This document shows, in pieces, positions 19,077-28,549 of a stretch of DNA of 64,000 nucleotides. Source of the DNA: Gemmatimonadota bacterium (lineage in GTDB: Bacteria; Gemmatimonadota; Gemmatimonadetes; Gemmatimonadales; GWC2-71-9). Within the stretch, counting starts at the first letter, position 1; each line of letters begins with the position of its first letter. The translations under genes were made by a program, and so were the position numbers. The notes below the pieces were generated by a model that worked only from the letters and a program-made list of their open reading frames with translations, searched no databases and was not told the origin of the DNA. The stretch is taken from assembly GCA_022563595.1 (NCBI GenBank), contig JADFNB010000002.1, positions 53,510-117,509 on the forward strand, written 5' to 3'.

Positions 19077-20779
19077 AGGTCTGCGCGACCTGTGGGAACG
19101 AGTTCCCGGACGAGCAGAAGTTCTGTCCGAATGACGGCTCCCCACTCCGCTCGACCACCGCGGGCAACCTCATCGGCAGCATCATCGCCGAACGCTATCA
19201 CATCTCCAAGAAGCTCGGCGAAGGCGGAATGGGCGCAGTCTACCTGGGCGAGCACGTCAAGATGGGCCGCAAGAGCGCCATCAAGGTCATGTCGCAGTCG
19301 ATGGCGCACGATCACGACGCCATCGCCCGCTTCAATCGCGAAGCGGCGAACGCGGCCCGCATCAACCACCCCAACGTCTGCGCGATCTACGACTTCGGCG
19401 AGACACCCGACGGGACGATCTACCTCGCCATGGAGTTCATCGAGGGCGAGACGCTCACCGATCTGATCCATCGGGAGGGGCAGCTGCCGCCGCAGCGCGC
19501 CGCGGACATTTTGCGGCAGACGGGCGACGCGCTAGAGGCAGCGCACGATCTCGGGATCGTGCATCGCGACCTCAAGCCCGACAACATCATGATCGCTAAG
19601 GGCCGGGGCGGCACGGACGTCGTGAAGGTCGTCGACTTCGGGATCGCCAAGGCCATGGGCGGGGAGGAGGGACAGAACGTCACGAAGACCGGTCTCGTGG
19701 TCGGGACACCCGAGTACATGAGTCCGGAACAGCTTTCGGGCGACGTGCTCGACGGCCGCAGCGACATCTACTCCGTGGCGCTCGTCTTCTACCGTATGCT
19801 CACCGGGTTGCTGCCCTTCCAGGCGGACAGCGCCCAGGAGACGATGATCAAGCGATTGACCGACGACCCGCTGCCGCTGAACCAGGCCCGGCCTGATATG
19901 ACCTTCCCGGCGGCATTGCAACAGGTGATGAACAGAGCGTTGCAGCGGATGCCGGGAGACCGCTACGGGAGCGCCGCGGCCTTCGCGGAGGACGCGCTCC
20001 GGGCGGTGGAGGAGATGCCTAGCACCCCGGCACCGGACACAGAGGCGGCGACTCAGCTCATGGATGCCGCAGCGGTCACCGCCCAGATCGCCCAGACCCG
20101 CCTGACAGGGCAACCGGCGGCTCCTACCGAGCCGGTGGATACGATCGCCACGCCGACGCCCACGACACCACAGCCGGCACCTTCACCGGTAGCGCCCCCT
20201 AAGAAAAAGCTGCCCATGACGGCGATCGCGGCAGTGGCGGTGATCCTGGTCGGCGTGGGGGTCGGGACGGTCGTGATGCGGGGCGGCGGCGGCGACACGC
20301 TGGGCCTGGATTCGATCCAGACCGGGGGCGTGGTGCCGGGTGTGACCGAGGACACCGCGCAGCAATCCGGGGGCGGTCAACCTTCCGATTCTGGGACCAC
20401 GCAAACGGTGGCGGCCAACGGTCGCCAACAGCCGGTCGATACAGGACGCCAGGTGATCGCGCCACCCGAAACCACCATAACCACGCCGCCGCCGCCGACC
20501 GTCGACAGCGCGGCCCTTCACGCCGAGCTGGACGACTTGTTCGATCAAGTGTGGGTAGACGCGACGCGAGCGGGGGCCGGGCAACGGGCCGAAGAGATCC
20601 TCGGATTGTCCGGCCTCCCTAGGAATCTGCTGGCCGACGCGGCGGCGATCGCGGCAAACGTGCAACAGGACCAGGGCAACCTTAACAGGGCATGTGAGCT
20701 GATGAGGCAAGCGCGGAACCGGATGCCCAGTAGGGACTCGTACGGAAAATCGCTCGTTCAGTGGGGTTGCTCGCCGTGA
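19073..20779 (+). CDS. Membrane Ser/Thr protein kinase with N-terminal zinc-ribbon-like motif
   Basis: GTGA overlap with the upstream gene. Begins KVCATCGNEFPDEQKFCPNDG. Kinase motifs HRDLKPDNIMI, DFGIAKA and GTPEYMSPEQ. A Pro-rich linker is followed by a TM segment (AIAAVAVILVGVGVGTVVM) and an extracytoplasmic tail. Confidence 0.9.
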   Translation: MKVCATCGNEFPDEQKFCPNDGSPLRSTTAGNLIGSIIAERYHISKKLGEGGMGAVYLGEHVKMGRKSAIKVMSQSMAHDHDAIARFNREAANAARINHPNVCAIYDFGETPDGTIYLAMEFIEGETLTDLIHREGQLPPQRAADILRQTGDALEAAHDLGIVHRDLKPDNIMIAKGRGGTDVVKVVDFGIAKAMGGEEGQNVTKTGLVVGTPEYMSPEQLSGDVLDGRSDIYSVALVFYRMLTGLLPFQADSAQETMIKRLTDDPLPLNQARPDMTFPAALQQVMNRALQRMPGDRYGSAAAFAEDALRAVEEMPSTPAPDTEAATQLMDAAAVTAQIAQTRLTGQPAAPTEPVDTIATPTPTTPQPAPSPVAPPKKKLPMTAIAAVAVILVGVGVGTVVMRGGGGDTLGLDSIQTGGVVPGVTEDTAQQSGGGQPSDSGTTQTVAANGRQQPVDTGRQVIAPPETTITTPPPPTVDSAALHAELDDLFDQVWVDATRAGAGQRAEEILGLSGLPRNLLADAAAIAANVQQDQGNLNRACELMRQARNRMPSRDSYGKSLVQWGCSP

Positions 20780-21801
20780 GCTTGTTCGGGTCAAAGAAAC
20801 CGTCTGTCACGATCTCGGTCTTCGGCAAGACCGACGTCGGGAAGACGCGCGATCATAACGAAGATTGCTTCCTGGTCGCGAACCTCACGACGAGGACGGC
20901 GTCGCTCAAGCCCGAGATACGCGAGCACACCGTGGGCGACAAGGGCTCCCTCTTCATGGTAGCCGACGGTATGGGCGGGGCGGCGGCCGGCGAGGTTGCG
21001 AGCCAGTTGGCGACCGATACTATGTACGAACACCTGATATCGACCTGGTGTGACGACGACGAGAGCACGCCGCAGCAGTTCGCCTACCGCCTCAAGGAAG
21101 CGGTCGAACGGGCGAACGAACAGATTCACGAGTACGCGAAGCAGCGTCCCGAGATGCGGGGAATGGGTACCACGACGACCGCGGTCGGCGTGCTGGGCGA
21201 CCACCTGTACCTCACGCAGGTCGGCGACTCACGGGCATACCTGGTGCGCGCCGGGCGGGCGGTGCAGATCACGAAGGACCAGTCATTGATGCAGCGTCTC
21301 GTCGACGCCGGTGAACTCACCGAAGAGGAGGCCGAGAAGAGCGAGCGGCGGAACATCATTCTCCAGGCGCTCGGACCCGAGGCTAAGGTACGTGTGGACC
21401 TCACCTCCCAACAGCTCCGCAAGGGCGACACAGTCGTCTTGTGCTCCGACGGGCTCTCGGGGCAGGTGCAGCGGAACGAGATTGGTGCGATCGTGTCCAA
21501 CGACGACAAGGATCTCATCGAGATCTGCACCGAACTGATCGGCCTGGCGAACGAGCGTGGCGGCCCCGACAACATCACGGTGGTGGTCGCTCGGATAGGC
21601 GGCGACGGCCTCGACGATGGCGGCGGCAAGGACCCGGTAGGCCACCAGATCTATCCATTGCTCGATACCGAATCCACGACCGAGCCGGTGCCGGTCTACA
21701 AGGGCAGCCCGCCACCCGAGCCCAAGGGTGCGGCACACGCAATACTGGTCACCGCAGCCGCGGTGATCGCGCTCGCCGCGGCGATTCTCTTGCTCACCTA
21801 G
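20776..21801 (+). CDS. PP2C-family Ser/Thr phosphatase with C-terminal TM anchor
   Basis: GTG at 20776 overlaps the kinase stop (GTGA). Contains TDVGKTRDHNEDCF, MVADGMGG, LCSDGLSG and GGPDNITVVV. C-terminal helix AILVTAAAVIALAAAILLL. Confidence 0.9.
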   Translation: MSLFGSKKPSVTISVFGKTDVGKTRDHNEDCFLVANLTTRTASLKPEIREHTVGDKGSLFMVADGMGGAAAGEVASQLATDTMYEHLISTWCDDDESTPQQFAYRLKEAVERANEQIHEYAKQRPEMRGMGTTTTAVGVLGDHLYLTQVGDSRAYLVRAGRAVQITKDQSLMQRLVDAGELTEEEAEKSERRNIILQALGPEAKVRVDLTSQQLRKGDTVVLCSDGLSGQVQRNEIGAIVSNDDKDLIEICTELIGLANERGGPDNITVVVARIGGDGLDDGGGKDPVGHQIYPLLDTESTTEPVPVYKGSPPPEPKGAAHAILVTAAAVIALAAAILLLT

Positions 21802-21809
21802 CGTCCTCC

Positions 21810-23234
21810 GTGAAGATACAGATCAAGGTCCTGGGGGGAGCGAGAGCCGGCATGACGGGCGTGTTCTCCCAGGCGCGCGTAGTGATCGGCCGGCACCCCA
21901 ATTCCGACCTGCCGTTCGATCCCGACCGGGACCTGGACGTCTCGGGACGGCACGCCGAGCTTCTCCGCGAGGGCAACGCGTGGTACGTGCATGACCTAGG
22001 CAGCCGCAACGGCACCTTCGTCAACGGCCACCGCATCACGCACCACACCAAGCTCGACGATACCGATCAGATCCGCTTCGGCGAGGATGGCCCGCGCCTC
22101 GAGATCCATCTGGTGGGCGACGGGACACCCGACCGGCGACCCGCCCCGGCGGCCGGCGCGCCGACACCCACACCACGTGAGATGGCGGGCACGCCGCGCC
22201 CGGCCGCGCGGCGGGCGGGCAGCACGACCCAGCGAATTCGGATCGAGGTCGGGCGGCAGACCCGGAAGCTGCGGGCCGCGACCGGGGTAATCCTGTTCGT
22301 CCTCGTCGCGGTCAGCGCGTTCTTCATCGTCGGCAACCGCCGGCAGCAGCAGCGGCGCGAGCGTGACGTGCAGGCGATGCAGCTGCGCATCGACAGCATC
22401 CTCCGAGCCTCCGAAGAGGCTGTGGCGATGTTGCAGGGTCAGGTGGAAGGGCTCGCCGACGCGCTCCGAGGCTCGCAGTACGACGTACAACGCCTGCAGA
22501 GCAGCCTGGAGGCCGCGCGGGCGAGTGGCAGCGACGCCGAAGTCGAATCGCTCCGCCGGCAACTCGCCGTCGCGACGACAACCTTCAGGGCTCAGCAGCT
22601 CGCCGCGCAAGTCGACTACCGCGCCATCAACGAGGCGAACCAGTTCGCCGTGGCGATGATCTGGGTGGAGTTCGGCCAGAACGACATCGCCACCGGGACG
22701 GCGTTTGCGGTGACGAGCGACGGCAAACTGATAACCAACCGTCATGTCGTGGCCGGGGAGGACGGCTCACGCCGGCCGATACGCATTGCAGTCCAGTTCA
22801 ACGCCTCTGAACAGGTGTGGCAGGCGCGCCTGCTCACGATAGACCAGGACGTAGACCTCGCCGTCATTCAGGTGGACCGTATCCGCGGCGGGGTTCCCAC
22901 CGTTCAGGGGATCGGGACGGGCACGGCCGTGCCGGCTACCGGCGACCCGGTGGCGGTCATCGGGTTCCCGTTGGGCGATGATCTGCCGATGCGGTCCGCT
23001 GGGGAGGCGAACCTTATACGGAGCACCTTCACGGCGGGGACGGTGAGCAAGGTGATCCCCGATCTCATCCAGATCGACGGTTACGGAGCCCCGGGCTTGA
23101 GCGGCAGCCCCGTGTTCGACCGCGACGGGAACGTCGTCGCCGTGCTGTACGGTGCGCAACCCGGCACGAACGGCCGGATCGTGTTCAGCGTACCGCTCGA
23201 CTTCGTCACCGACCTGCTGCAGCAGACCAACTGA
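21810..23234 (+). CDS. FHA domain / TM / coiled-coil / trypsin-like (S1) serine protease fusion
   Basis: ORF 21441..23234 trimmed to the GTG at 21810, 9 nt after the PP2C stop. FHA segment is VVIGRHPNSDLPFDPDRDLDVSGRHAEL...GSRNGTF. TM segment VILFVLVAVSAFFIV. A heptad-like Gln/Leu/Ala-rich stretch follows. Catalytic triad context is NRHVV, DLAVIQV and GLSGSPV. Confidence 0.85.
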   Translation: MKIQIKVLGGARAGMTGVFSQARVVIGRHPNSDLPFDPDRDLDVSGRHAELLREGNAWYVHDLGSRNGTFVNGHRITHHTKLDDTDQIRFGEDGPRLEIHLVGDGTPDRRPAPAAGAPTPTPREMAGTPRPAARRAGSTTQRIRIEVGRQTRKLRAATGVILFVLVAVSAFFIVGNRRQQQRRERDVQAMQLRIDSILRASEEAVAMLQGQVEGLADALRGSQYDVQRLQSSLEAARASGSDAEVESLRRQLAVATTTFRAQQLAAQVDYRAINEANQFAVAMIWVEFGQNDIATGTAFAVTSDGKLITNRHVVAGEDGSRRPIRIAVQFNASEQVWQARLLTIDQDVDLAVIQVDRIRGGVPTVQGIGTGTAVPATGDPVAVIGFPLGDDLPMRSAGEANLIRSTFTAGTVSKVIPDLIQIDGYGAPGLSGSPVFDRDGNVVAVLYGAQPGTNGRIVFSVPLDFVTDLLQQTN

Positions 23235-23255
23235 CTGTGATTACGCGCGGCCCCG

Positions 23256-24689
23256 CTACCCGCTGCGCATCCGGGCCTGGACCCAGCGGGCGGCGGCGTG
23301 CTGCATCAACGGCTGCCCGTGCCACGCGCAGAGCACCGGAACGTTCCCGGGGATCTGCGTGAGAAGCCGGGGGTGGCCGAACAGCACGACGAGGCGCGCG
23401 CCCGGAACCAAGCGTCGCAACTGGGCGGTCGAACGGTCGCCGAGTCCAGCCCGCCCCTTCCACGAACGCGGTTCGGCATAGACCAAGACGACGCGCGAGC
23501 CCGCCGGTCCCAGTCCGACATCCGCACGGCGCAGGGCCTGTTCGAGCAGGTCGCGCGGCCCCACCGCGTAGGGCCCGCCTATGTCGTCATCCACGACGGC
23601 GATCTCGAGCGGCGGGTCCAGGTCGAGGGTCGTGCCACGCAGCACGTGGACGGCGATGTCGGCGACCGCGTCCGCGAAGGCACGGTGCGCGTCGGGTGCG
23701 GATGCGGAAGCGGCCGGCACACTCGGGGCCTGCGCCAGTTCGTCCGCCGCGAGCGCGACGCGCCCGAGAGCATCGTCGATCCGCATGCGGCGCGCTCGAT
23801 CGCGCGCGTCCTCGTCGAGCCGGGCGATCACGGCGGCGTGGTCGCGCGGGTAGAGCAGTGCGTCGCATCCTGCCCTGAGCGCGTCGCTCGCCGCATCCGC
23901 TTCCCCGCCGCCGCGAAGCGCTCCCTCCATGATCAGCGCGTCGGTCACGACCAGCCCGTCGAATCCCATCTCCGAGCGCAGGTACCGGATGATCCGGGCG
24001 GAGAGCGTAGCCGGTACTCCCGAATCCCAGGCACTGTATGCGACGTGGGCGGTCATGACGGAGCGGACCCCCGAGGCGACGGCCGCGGCAAACGGCACCA
24101 GGTCGGTGCGCGCGAGGTCCTCTTTGGCGGCAAGGACGCGCGGCAGCGTCTCGTGGCTATCGGCGGTCGTGCGTCCGTGTCCCGGATAGTGTTTTGCGCA
24201 GGCGGCCACGCCCCCCTCCTGTGCCGCCCGAATCCAGGCGGCGACGTGCCGGCCGACCCGGTCCGGGACATCCCCGAAGCTGCGGGTCTGCACTATCGGG
24301 TTATCGGGTTCTCCGTCCAGATCCGCCACCGGCGCGTACACCCAGTTGATCCCTACGCGACGTGCGTCGGCTGCCGTAACCGCGCCGCACCGGCTCGTGA
24401 GGTCCAGATCGTCGAGGAACCCGAGGGCCGCTGGCGGCGGCAGGTGGGTGAGTCCTTCGAACTGCTGCCCGCCGCCGCGCTCGAAGTCCGACGCTATCAG
24501 GAGCGGGTGTGCACTCGCCGCCTGGATTTCCTGCGTGAGAGCGCGCGCGGCATCCGCCTCGCCTCCAAACAGGATGTAGCCACCGACGCCTAGCGCCACC
24601 GTGGCGTCGATCTTCTCGCGCTCGTGCGCAAACCCGCTCGACGCCCGCCATCGCAGCGCCGGGAACACGAGGCGGGCTACCGGATTCAT
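23256..24689 (-). CDS. nagZ: Beta-N-acetylhexosaminidase (GH3, NagZ-like)
   Basis: ORF trimmed to MNPVARLVFPAL (ATGA overlap with the anmK stop). Contains KHYPGHGRTTADSHETLP and VMTAHV. Confidence 0.85.
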   Translation of the reverse strand: MNPVARLVFPALRWRASSGFAHEREKIDATVALGVGGYILFGGEADAARALTQEIQAASAHPLLIASDFERGGGQQFEGLTHLPPPAALGFLDDLDLTSRCGAVTAADARRVGINWVYAPVADLDGEPDNPIVQTRSFGDVPDRVGRHVAAWIRAAQEGGVAACAKHYPGHGRTTADSHETLPRVLAAKEDLARTDLVPFAAAVASGVRSVMTAHVAYSAWDSGVPATLSARIIRYLRSEMGFDGLVVTDALIMEGALRGGGEADAASDALRAGCDALLYPRDHAAVIARLDEDARDRARRMRIDDALGRVALAADELAQAPSVPAASASAPDAHRAFADAVADIAVHVLRGTTLDLDPPLEIAVVDDDIGGPYAVGPRDLLEQALRRADVGLGPAGSRVVLVYAEPRSWKGRAGLGDRSTAQLRRLVPGARLVVLFGHPRLLTQIPGNVPVLCAWHGQPLMQHAAARWVQARMRSG

Positions 24690-25810
24690 GCAGGCGTAAT
24701 CCTGCCGAGAACGCGCCGTCCGGCCGCGCCGGTGGCCGCCGGGACGTTGCCGACACGACCGCGCATAGTGAGCCAGCCGAGAAAGGCGAACGATACGGCC
24801 TCTTTCGCGTCCCCATCGAAGAAGAGATCGGAGAACAACGTGACCGTACATCCCGGCAGCGCGTCGCGCAGCGCGTCGACCAGCGTCGGATTGCGGGCGC
24901 CCCCACCCGAGATAACCACCTGGCCGATCTCGTCTGATGGCAACCACCGCCGGAACTGATCCGCAATCGACTCGATGGTGAGCGCTAGCGCCGTCGCGAC
25001 GATATCGTCGTCACTCGCCTGCGTCCGGGACGCGCGAACCACGCGTGCCAAGTCGGCTGCATAGGCGTCGCCGAATCGCTCACGTCCGGTACTCTTCGGC
25101 GGCCGCCGATCGAAGTACGGGGCTTGGAGCAATCTCTGTACGACGGTCCGGTCGGCCGTCCCGCGTGCCGCACGTGCGCCGTCCCGATCGAACCGGACGT
25201 CCCTATCACACGACCGGACCACGGCATCGACCACCGCCACGCCGGGCCCGGTGTCGAATGCGATCACGCCGTCGAGATCGCCGTCCCGCGGCACCCAGGT
25301 CACGTTGGCGATCCCGCCGATATTGAGCAGCGTCCGCGGCCGGCCGTCGGCCGCGAACAGTACCGCATCCGCGAGCGGCACGAGCGGAGCGCCCTGCCCA
25401 CCGGCCGCCACGTCCCGACTCCTGAAGTCGCTCACCACCGGAACACCAATCCGCTCGGCGACCACCGCCGGGTCACCCAACTGGAGCGATGCACGAGGGG
25501 GCTCGTGCCACACCGTCTGGCCGTGGGACGCGACGAACGCCACGTCTCGCGCCCTCGTGTGGGTCCGCTCGAGCAGCGCGGCGGCGGCGGCGGCAAACAG
25601 TCGGCCCAGCTCCACGTGAAGCAGCGCGCAGTCGCGGGTGGTGCCCCCGGTCGTCACCTCGCGGATGCGCGCCTCGTCTTCCGCGTCATAGGGTACCGTC
25701 AGGAACCCGACCAGCTCGACGTCGGGCCGATCTCCCGTGAACCGGACGAGCGCGGCATCGACGCCGTCCAGGGACGTGCCCGACATGAGACCGATGGCGA
25801 GCTGGCTCAC
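24686..25810 (-). CDS. anmK: Anhydro-N-acetylmuramic acid kinase
   Basis: ORF trimmed to the GTG at 25810 (GTGA overlap with the murQ stop). Contains IGLMSGTSLDGVDAAL and NIGGIANVT. Confidence 0.85.
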   Translation of the reverse strand: MSQLAIGLMSGTSLDGVDAALVRFTGDRPDVELVGFLTVPYDAEDEARIREVTTGGTTRDCALLHVELGRLFAAAAAALLERTHTRARDVAFVASHGQTVWHEPPRASLQLGDPAVVAERIGVPVVSDFRSRDVAAGGQGAPLVPLADAVLFAADGRPRTLLNIGGIANVTWVPRDGDLDGVIAFDTGPGVAVVDAVVRSCDRDVRFDRDGARAARGTADRTVVQRLLQAPYFDRRPPKSTGRERFGDAYAADLARVVRASRTQASDDDIVATALALTIESIADQFRRWLPSDEIGQVVISGGGARNPTLVDALRDALPGCTVTLFSDLFFDGDAKEAVSFAFLGWLTMRGRVGNVPAATGAAGRRVLGRITPA

Positions 25811-26736
25811 GATACGATTGGCGGCGGGTCGCCGATCACACGCCTGATTATCCCTCCGGCGCCATCGAGCAATGCGGCGGCCTCGTCGGCCTGTACGTTG
25901 CGCCGTACCATGACTATCGCGAGCTTCACGCTTGCGTCGGCGCGATCGATCGCGTCGCGCGCGGTCGCACGATCGACCCCGCATACCTCCATGACGATGC
26001 GCTCGCCGCGATCGTGCAGCTTGGCGCTCAGCGCGCGGAGATCGACCATCAGATTGCCGTACGTCTTCCCCAGCCGAATCATCGCGGCGGTGGTAATGGT
26101 GTTGAGCACGAGCTTGGTCGCCGTACCTGCTTTGAGCCTGGTCGATCCGGTCAGCACTTCGGGACCTACATCGAGGACGATCACGACATCACAGCTATCG
26201 GCGAGGTCGGGTGGTGGATCAGCACATGTTATGAGCACGGTGGCGGCACCGAGGGTTCGCGCGCGTTCCAACGCCGCCTGCACGTACGGGGTCGATCCGC
26301 TGGCGGCGATCCCAATCACGACGTCCTCGCTCCCCACCGCCCGCTCGTCCATTGCCGAGCGTGCCGCCACGGTATCGTCCTCGGCCCCTTCCCGGCTGGC
26401 GACGAGCGCCTGCGGACCGCCGGCGATCACGCCTATCACCATCTCCGGCGGCGTGCCGAAGGTGGGCGGGCACTCCGCCGCATCGAGGACTCCCAGCCGC
26501 CCGCTGGTGCCGGCCCCTACGTAGATGAGCCGACCACCCGACCGGAAGGCGCGAACAGTGAGATCGACGGCCACAGCGATCTCCACACGCGCACCGTGCA
26601 CCGCCAGGGGCACCCGACGGTCCTGCTCGTTCATCAGATCCACGATCTCGAGCGAGGAGGCGACGTCTATGTCGATGCTACGCGCGTTCCGGCGTTCGGT
26701 GAGACGCGAGTCGAGAAAATCGGGTTTATGCATCAC
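25807..26736 (-). CDS. murQ: N-acetylmuramic acid 6-phosphate etherase
   Basis: 309 aa with a SIS domain: LIYVGAGTSGRLGVLDAAECPPTFG and GIAASGSTPYV. Confidence 0.9.
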   Translation of the reverse strand: MMHKPDFLDSRLTERRNARSIDIDVASSLEIVDLMNEQDRRVPLAVHGARVEIAVAVDLTVRAFRSGGRLIYVGAGTSGRLGVLDAAECPPTFGTPPEMVIGVIAGGPQALVASREGAEDDTVAARSAMDERAVGSEDVVIGIAASGSTPYVQAALERARTLGAATVLITCADPPPDLADSCDVVIVLDVGPEVLTGSTRLKAGTATKLVLNTITTAAMIRLGKTYGNLMVDLRALSAKLHDRGERIVMEVCGVDRATARDAIDRADASVKLAIVMVRRNVQADEAAALLDGAGGIIRRVIGDPPPIVS

Positions 26737-26784
26737 CGCTGCTAAGTTATCTTGCCGACCCCCATCCTAGCCAACGAGATCGCG

Positions 26785-28497
26785 ATGCCACGTCGCCGAC
26801 CGATCGTCAGGATCCTGGCCCTCGTCACCCTCGCCGGTGCCGCATGCGCGCGCGGCTTGGCGCCGGGTACCTGGCAGCTCGCCCCGGCGGCCGAGCCGGC
26901 CACCGGGACGGCGGCGATGGTCGTCTCCGGTAGCCCCATAGCGAGCGACGTCGGTTTGGAGGTTCTGCGCCGCGGCGGCAACGCCGTGGACGCCGCGGTG
27001 GCCGTGGGATTCGCGCTCGCGGTCGTACACCCCGCCGCCGGCAACATCGGCGGTGGCGGCTTCATGGTCATCCGCTTCGGCGACGGCGAGGTCACGGCCC
27101 TCGACTACCGCGAGATGGCTCCCGGAGCGGCCACCCGCGGCATGTACCTCGACCCGGCCGGAGAGGTAACCGACCAGGGCGTGACCGGACATCTCGCCTC
27201 CGGCGTGCCGGGCGCCGTAGCCGGGATGATCGAGGCACACTCCCGTTTCGGGCGTCTTCCGCTGCAAGACGTCATGGCGCCGGCTGTCACACTTGCGCGC
27301 GACGGGTTCTTCCTCGACCGGTACCGGTCCGAGGGTCTGGCAAGGGCTGCGCCGCGACTGCGCGGCTTCGAGGCCTCCCGCTCGCAGTTCCTGGTGGACG
27401 GGGAAGCGCCGCCTCCCGGCACGCTGCTCGTCCAGCGCGATCTGGCGCGTACGCTCCAGGCTATCGCGGACAGTGGGGCCCGTGTGTTCTACGAGGGTTA
27501 CATCGCCGATCTGATCGTGGCGGAGATGGAGCGCGGCGGGGGACTGATCTCCAAGGCCGACCTCGCGGCCTATCGGCCGTACTGGCGCCGGCCCATCGAG
27601 TTCGAGTATCGCGGGCATACCATCTATTCGATGCCTCCGTCCTCCTCAGGCGGGATCACGATCGCCCTGATCCTGAACATCCTCGAAGGGTTCGACCCGC
27701 TACCCGACTTCGGTACACCCGCACACTTCCATCTCCTCGCCGAGGCGATGCGTCGCGCGTTCGTCGATCGCAACCACTACCTCGGAGATCCGGCGTTCGT
27801 GCGGATACCCGTCGACCGACTCATCGACGACGCCTACGCCGCGCAGCGTCGCCGCACCATCGACCCGGAGCGCGCCACGCCGTCCCCTGACGTGACGCCC
27901 GGGATACGCGAAGGCAACCACACCACGCATTACTCCGTGGTGGATGCGGAAGGGAACGCGGTGAGCGTGAGCACCACGATCAATTCGGGCTACGGCGGCG
28001 CCGTCACCGTAACGGGTGCCGGGTTCCTGCTCAACAACGAGATGGACGACTTCACATCGGCTCCCGGCAAGCCCAACATGTATGGGTTGGTTCAGGGCGA
28101 GGCGAACGCGATCGCGCCGCACAAACGGATGCTGTCAGCCATGGCCCCGACGATAGTCGTGGATCCCGACGGGAATCTCCTGATGGTTCTCGGTACGCCC
28201 GGCGGTCCTACGATCATCACGACCGTGGCACAGGTCATCTCGAATGTCATCGATCATGGGATGTCGATCGCGGCTGCCGTCGCCGCGCCCCGCATCCACC
28301 ACCAGCACCAACCCGATTCCCTGTCGTATGAATCGGGCGGCCTCTTCGCCGCGGCGATCGAGCGTCTCGAGAGCATGGGACACCAACTGCGGGAACGTGA
28401 CGGGTACAGCGGGGACGTTGCGGCGATCTACGTGGACGGTGACCGGCTGATCGGAGTGGCGGACCCGCGACGTGGAGGCGGGGCGTCGGGATATTGA
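26785..28497 (+). CDS. ggt: Gamma-glutamyltransferase
   Basis: Trimmed to MPRRRPIVRILALVTLAGAAC (signal/lipobox-like). Contains GGGGFMVI, the catalytic Thr context HTTHYSVVDAEGNAVS, and GTPGGPTIIT. Confidence 0.9.
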   Translation: MPRRRPIVRILALVTLAGAACARGLAPGTWQLAPAAEPATGTAAMVVSGSPIASDVGLEVLRRGGNAVDAAVAVGFALAVVHPAAGNIGGGGFMVIRFGDGEVTALDYREMAPGAATRGMYLDPAGEVTDQGVTGHLASGVPGAVAGMIEAHSRFGRLPLQDVMAPAVTLARDGFFLDRYRSEGLARAAPRLRGFEASRSQFLVDGEAPPPGTLLVQRDLARTLQAIADSGARVFYEGYIADLIVAEMERGGGLISKADLAAYRPYWRRPIEFEYRGHTIYSMPPSSSGGITIALILNILEGFDPLPDFGTPAHFHLLAEAMRRAFVDRNHYLGDPAFVRIPVDRLIDDAYAAQRRRTIDPERATPSPDVTPGIREGNHTTHYSVVDAEGNAVSVSTTINSGYGGAVTVTGAGFLLNNEMDDFTSAPGKPNMYGLVQGEANAIAPHKRMLSAMAPTIVVDPDGNLLMVLGTPGGPTIITTVAQVISNVIDHGMSIAAAVAAPRIHHQHQPDSLSYESGGLFAAAIERLESMGHQLRERDGYSGDVAAIYVDGDRLIGVADPRRGGGASGY

Positions 28498-28504
28498 TGC
28501 TGCC

Positions 28505-28533
28505 GTTGGGGCGCGAAGGCAGTGCGCCCCAAC
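28505..28533. terminator. Perfect 10-bp hairpin between convergent ggt and lipoprotein genes
   Basis: GTTGGGGCGC (28505-28514), 9-nt loop, GCGCCCCAAC (28524-28533). There is no clean U-tract on either strand. Confidence 0.4.
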
Positions 28534-28549
28534 GTCATTCATTGCGGCG

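Noticed and set aside
26737-26784. ggt start at 26752 as in the ORF track
   Set aside because: That start would leave only 15 nt for two divergent promoters. The ATG at 26785 begins a typical signal/lipoprotein-like peptide (MPRRRPIVRILALVTLAGAAC).
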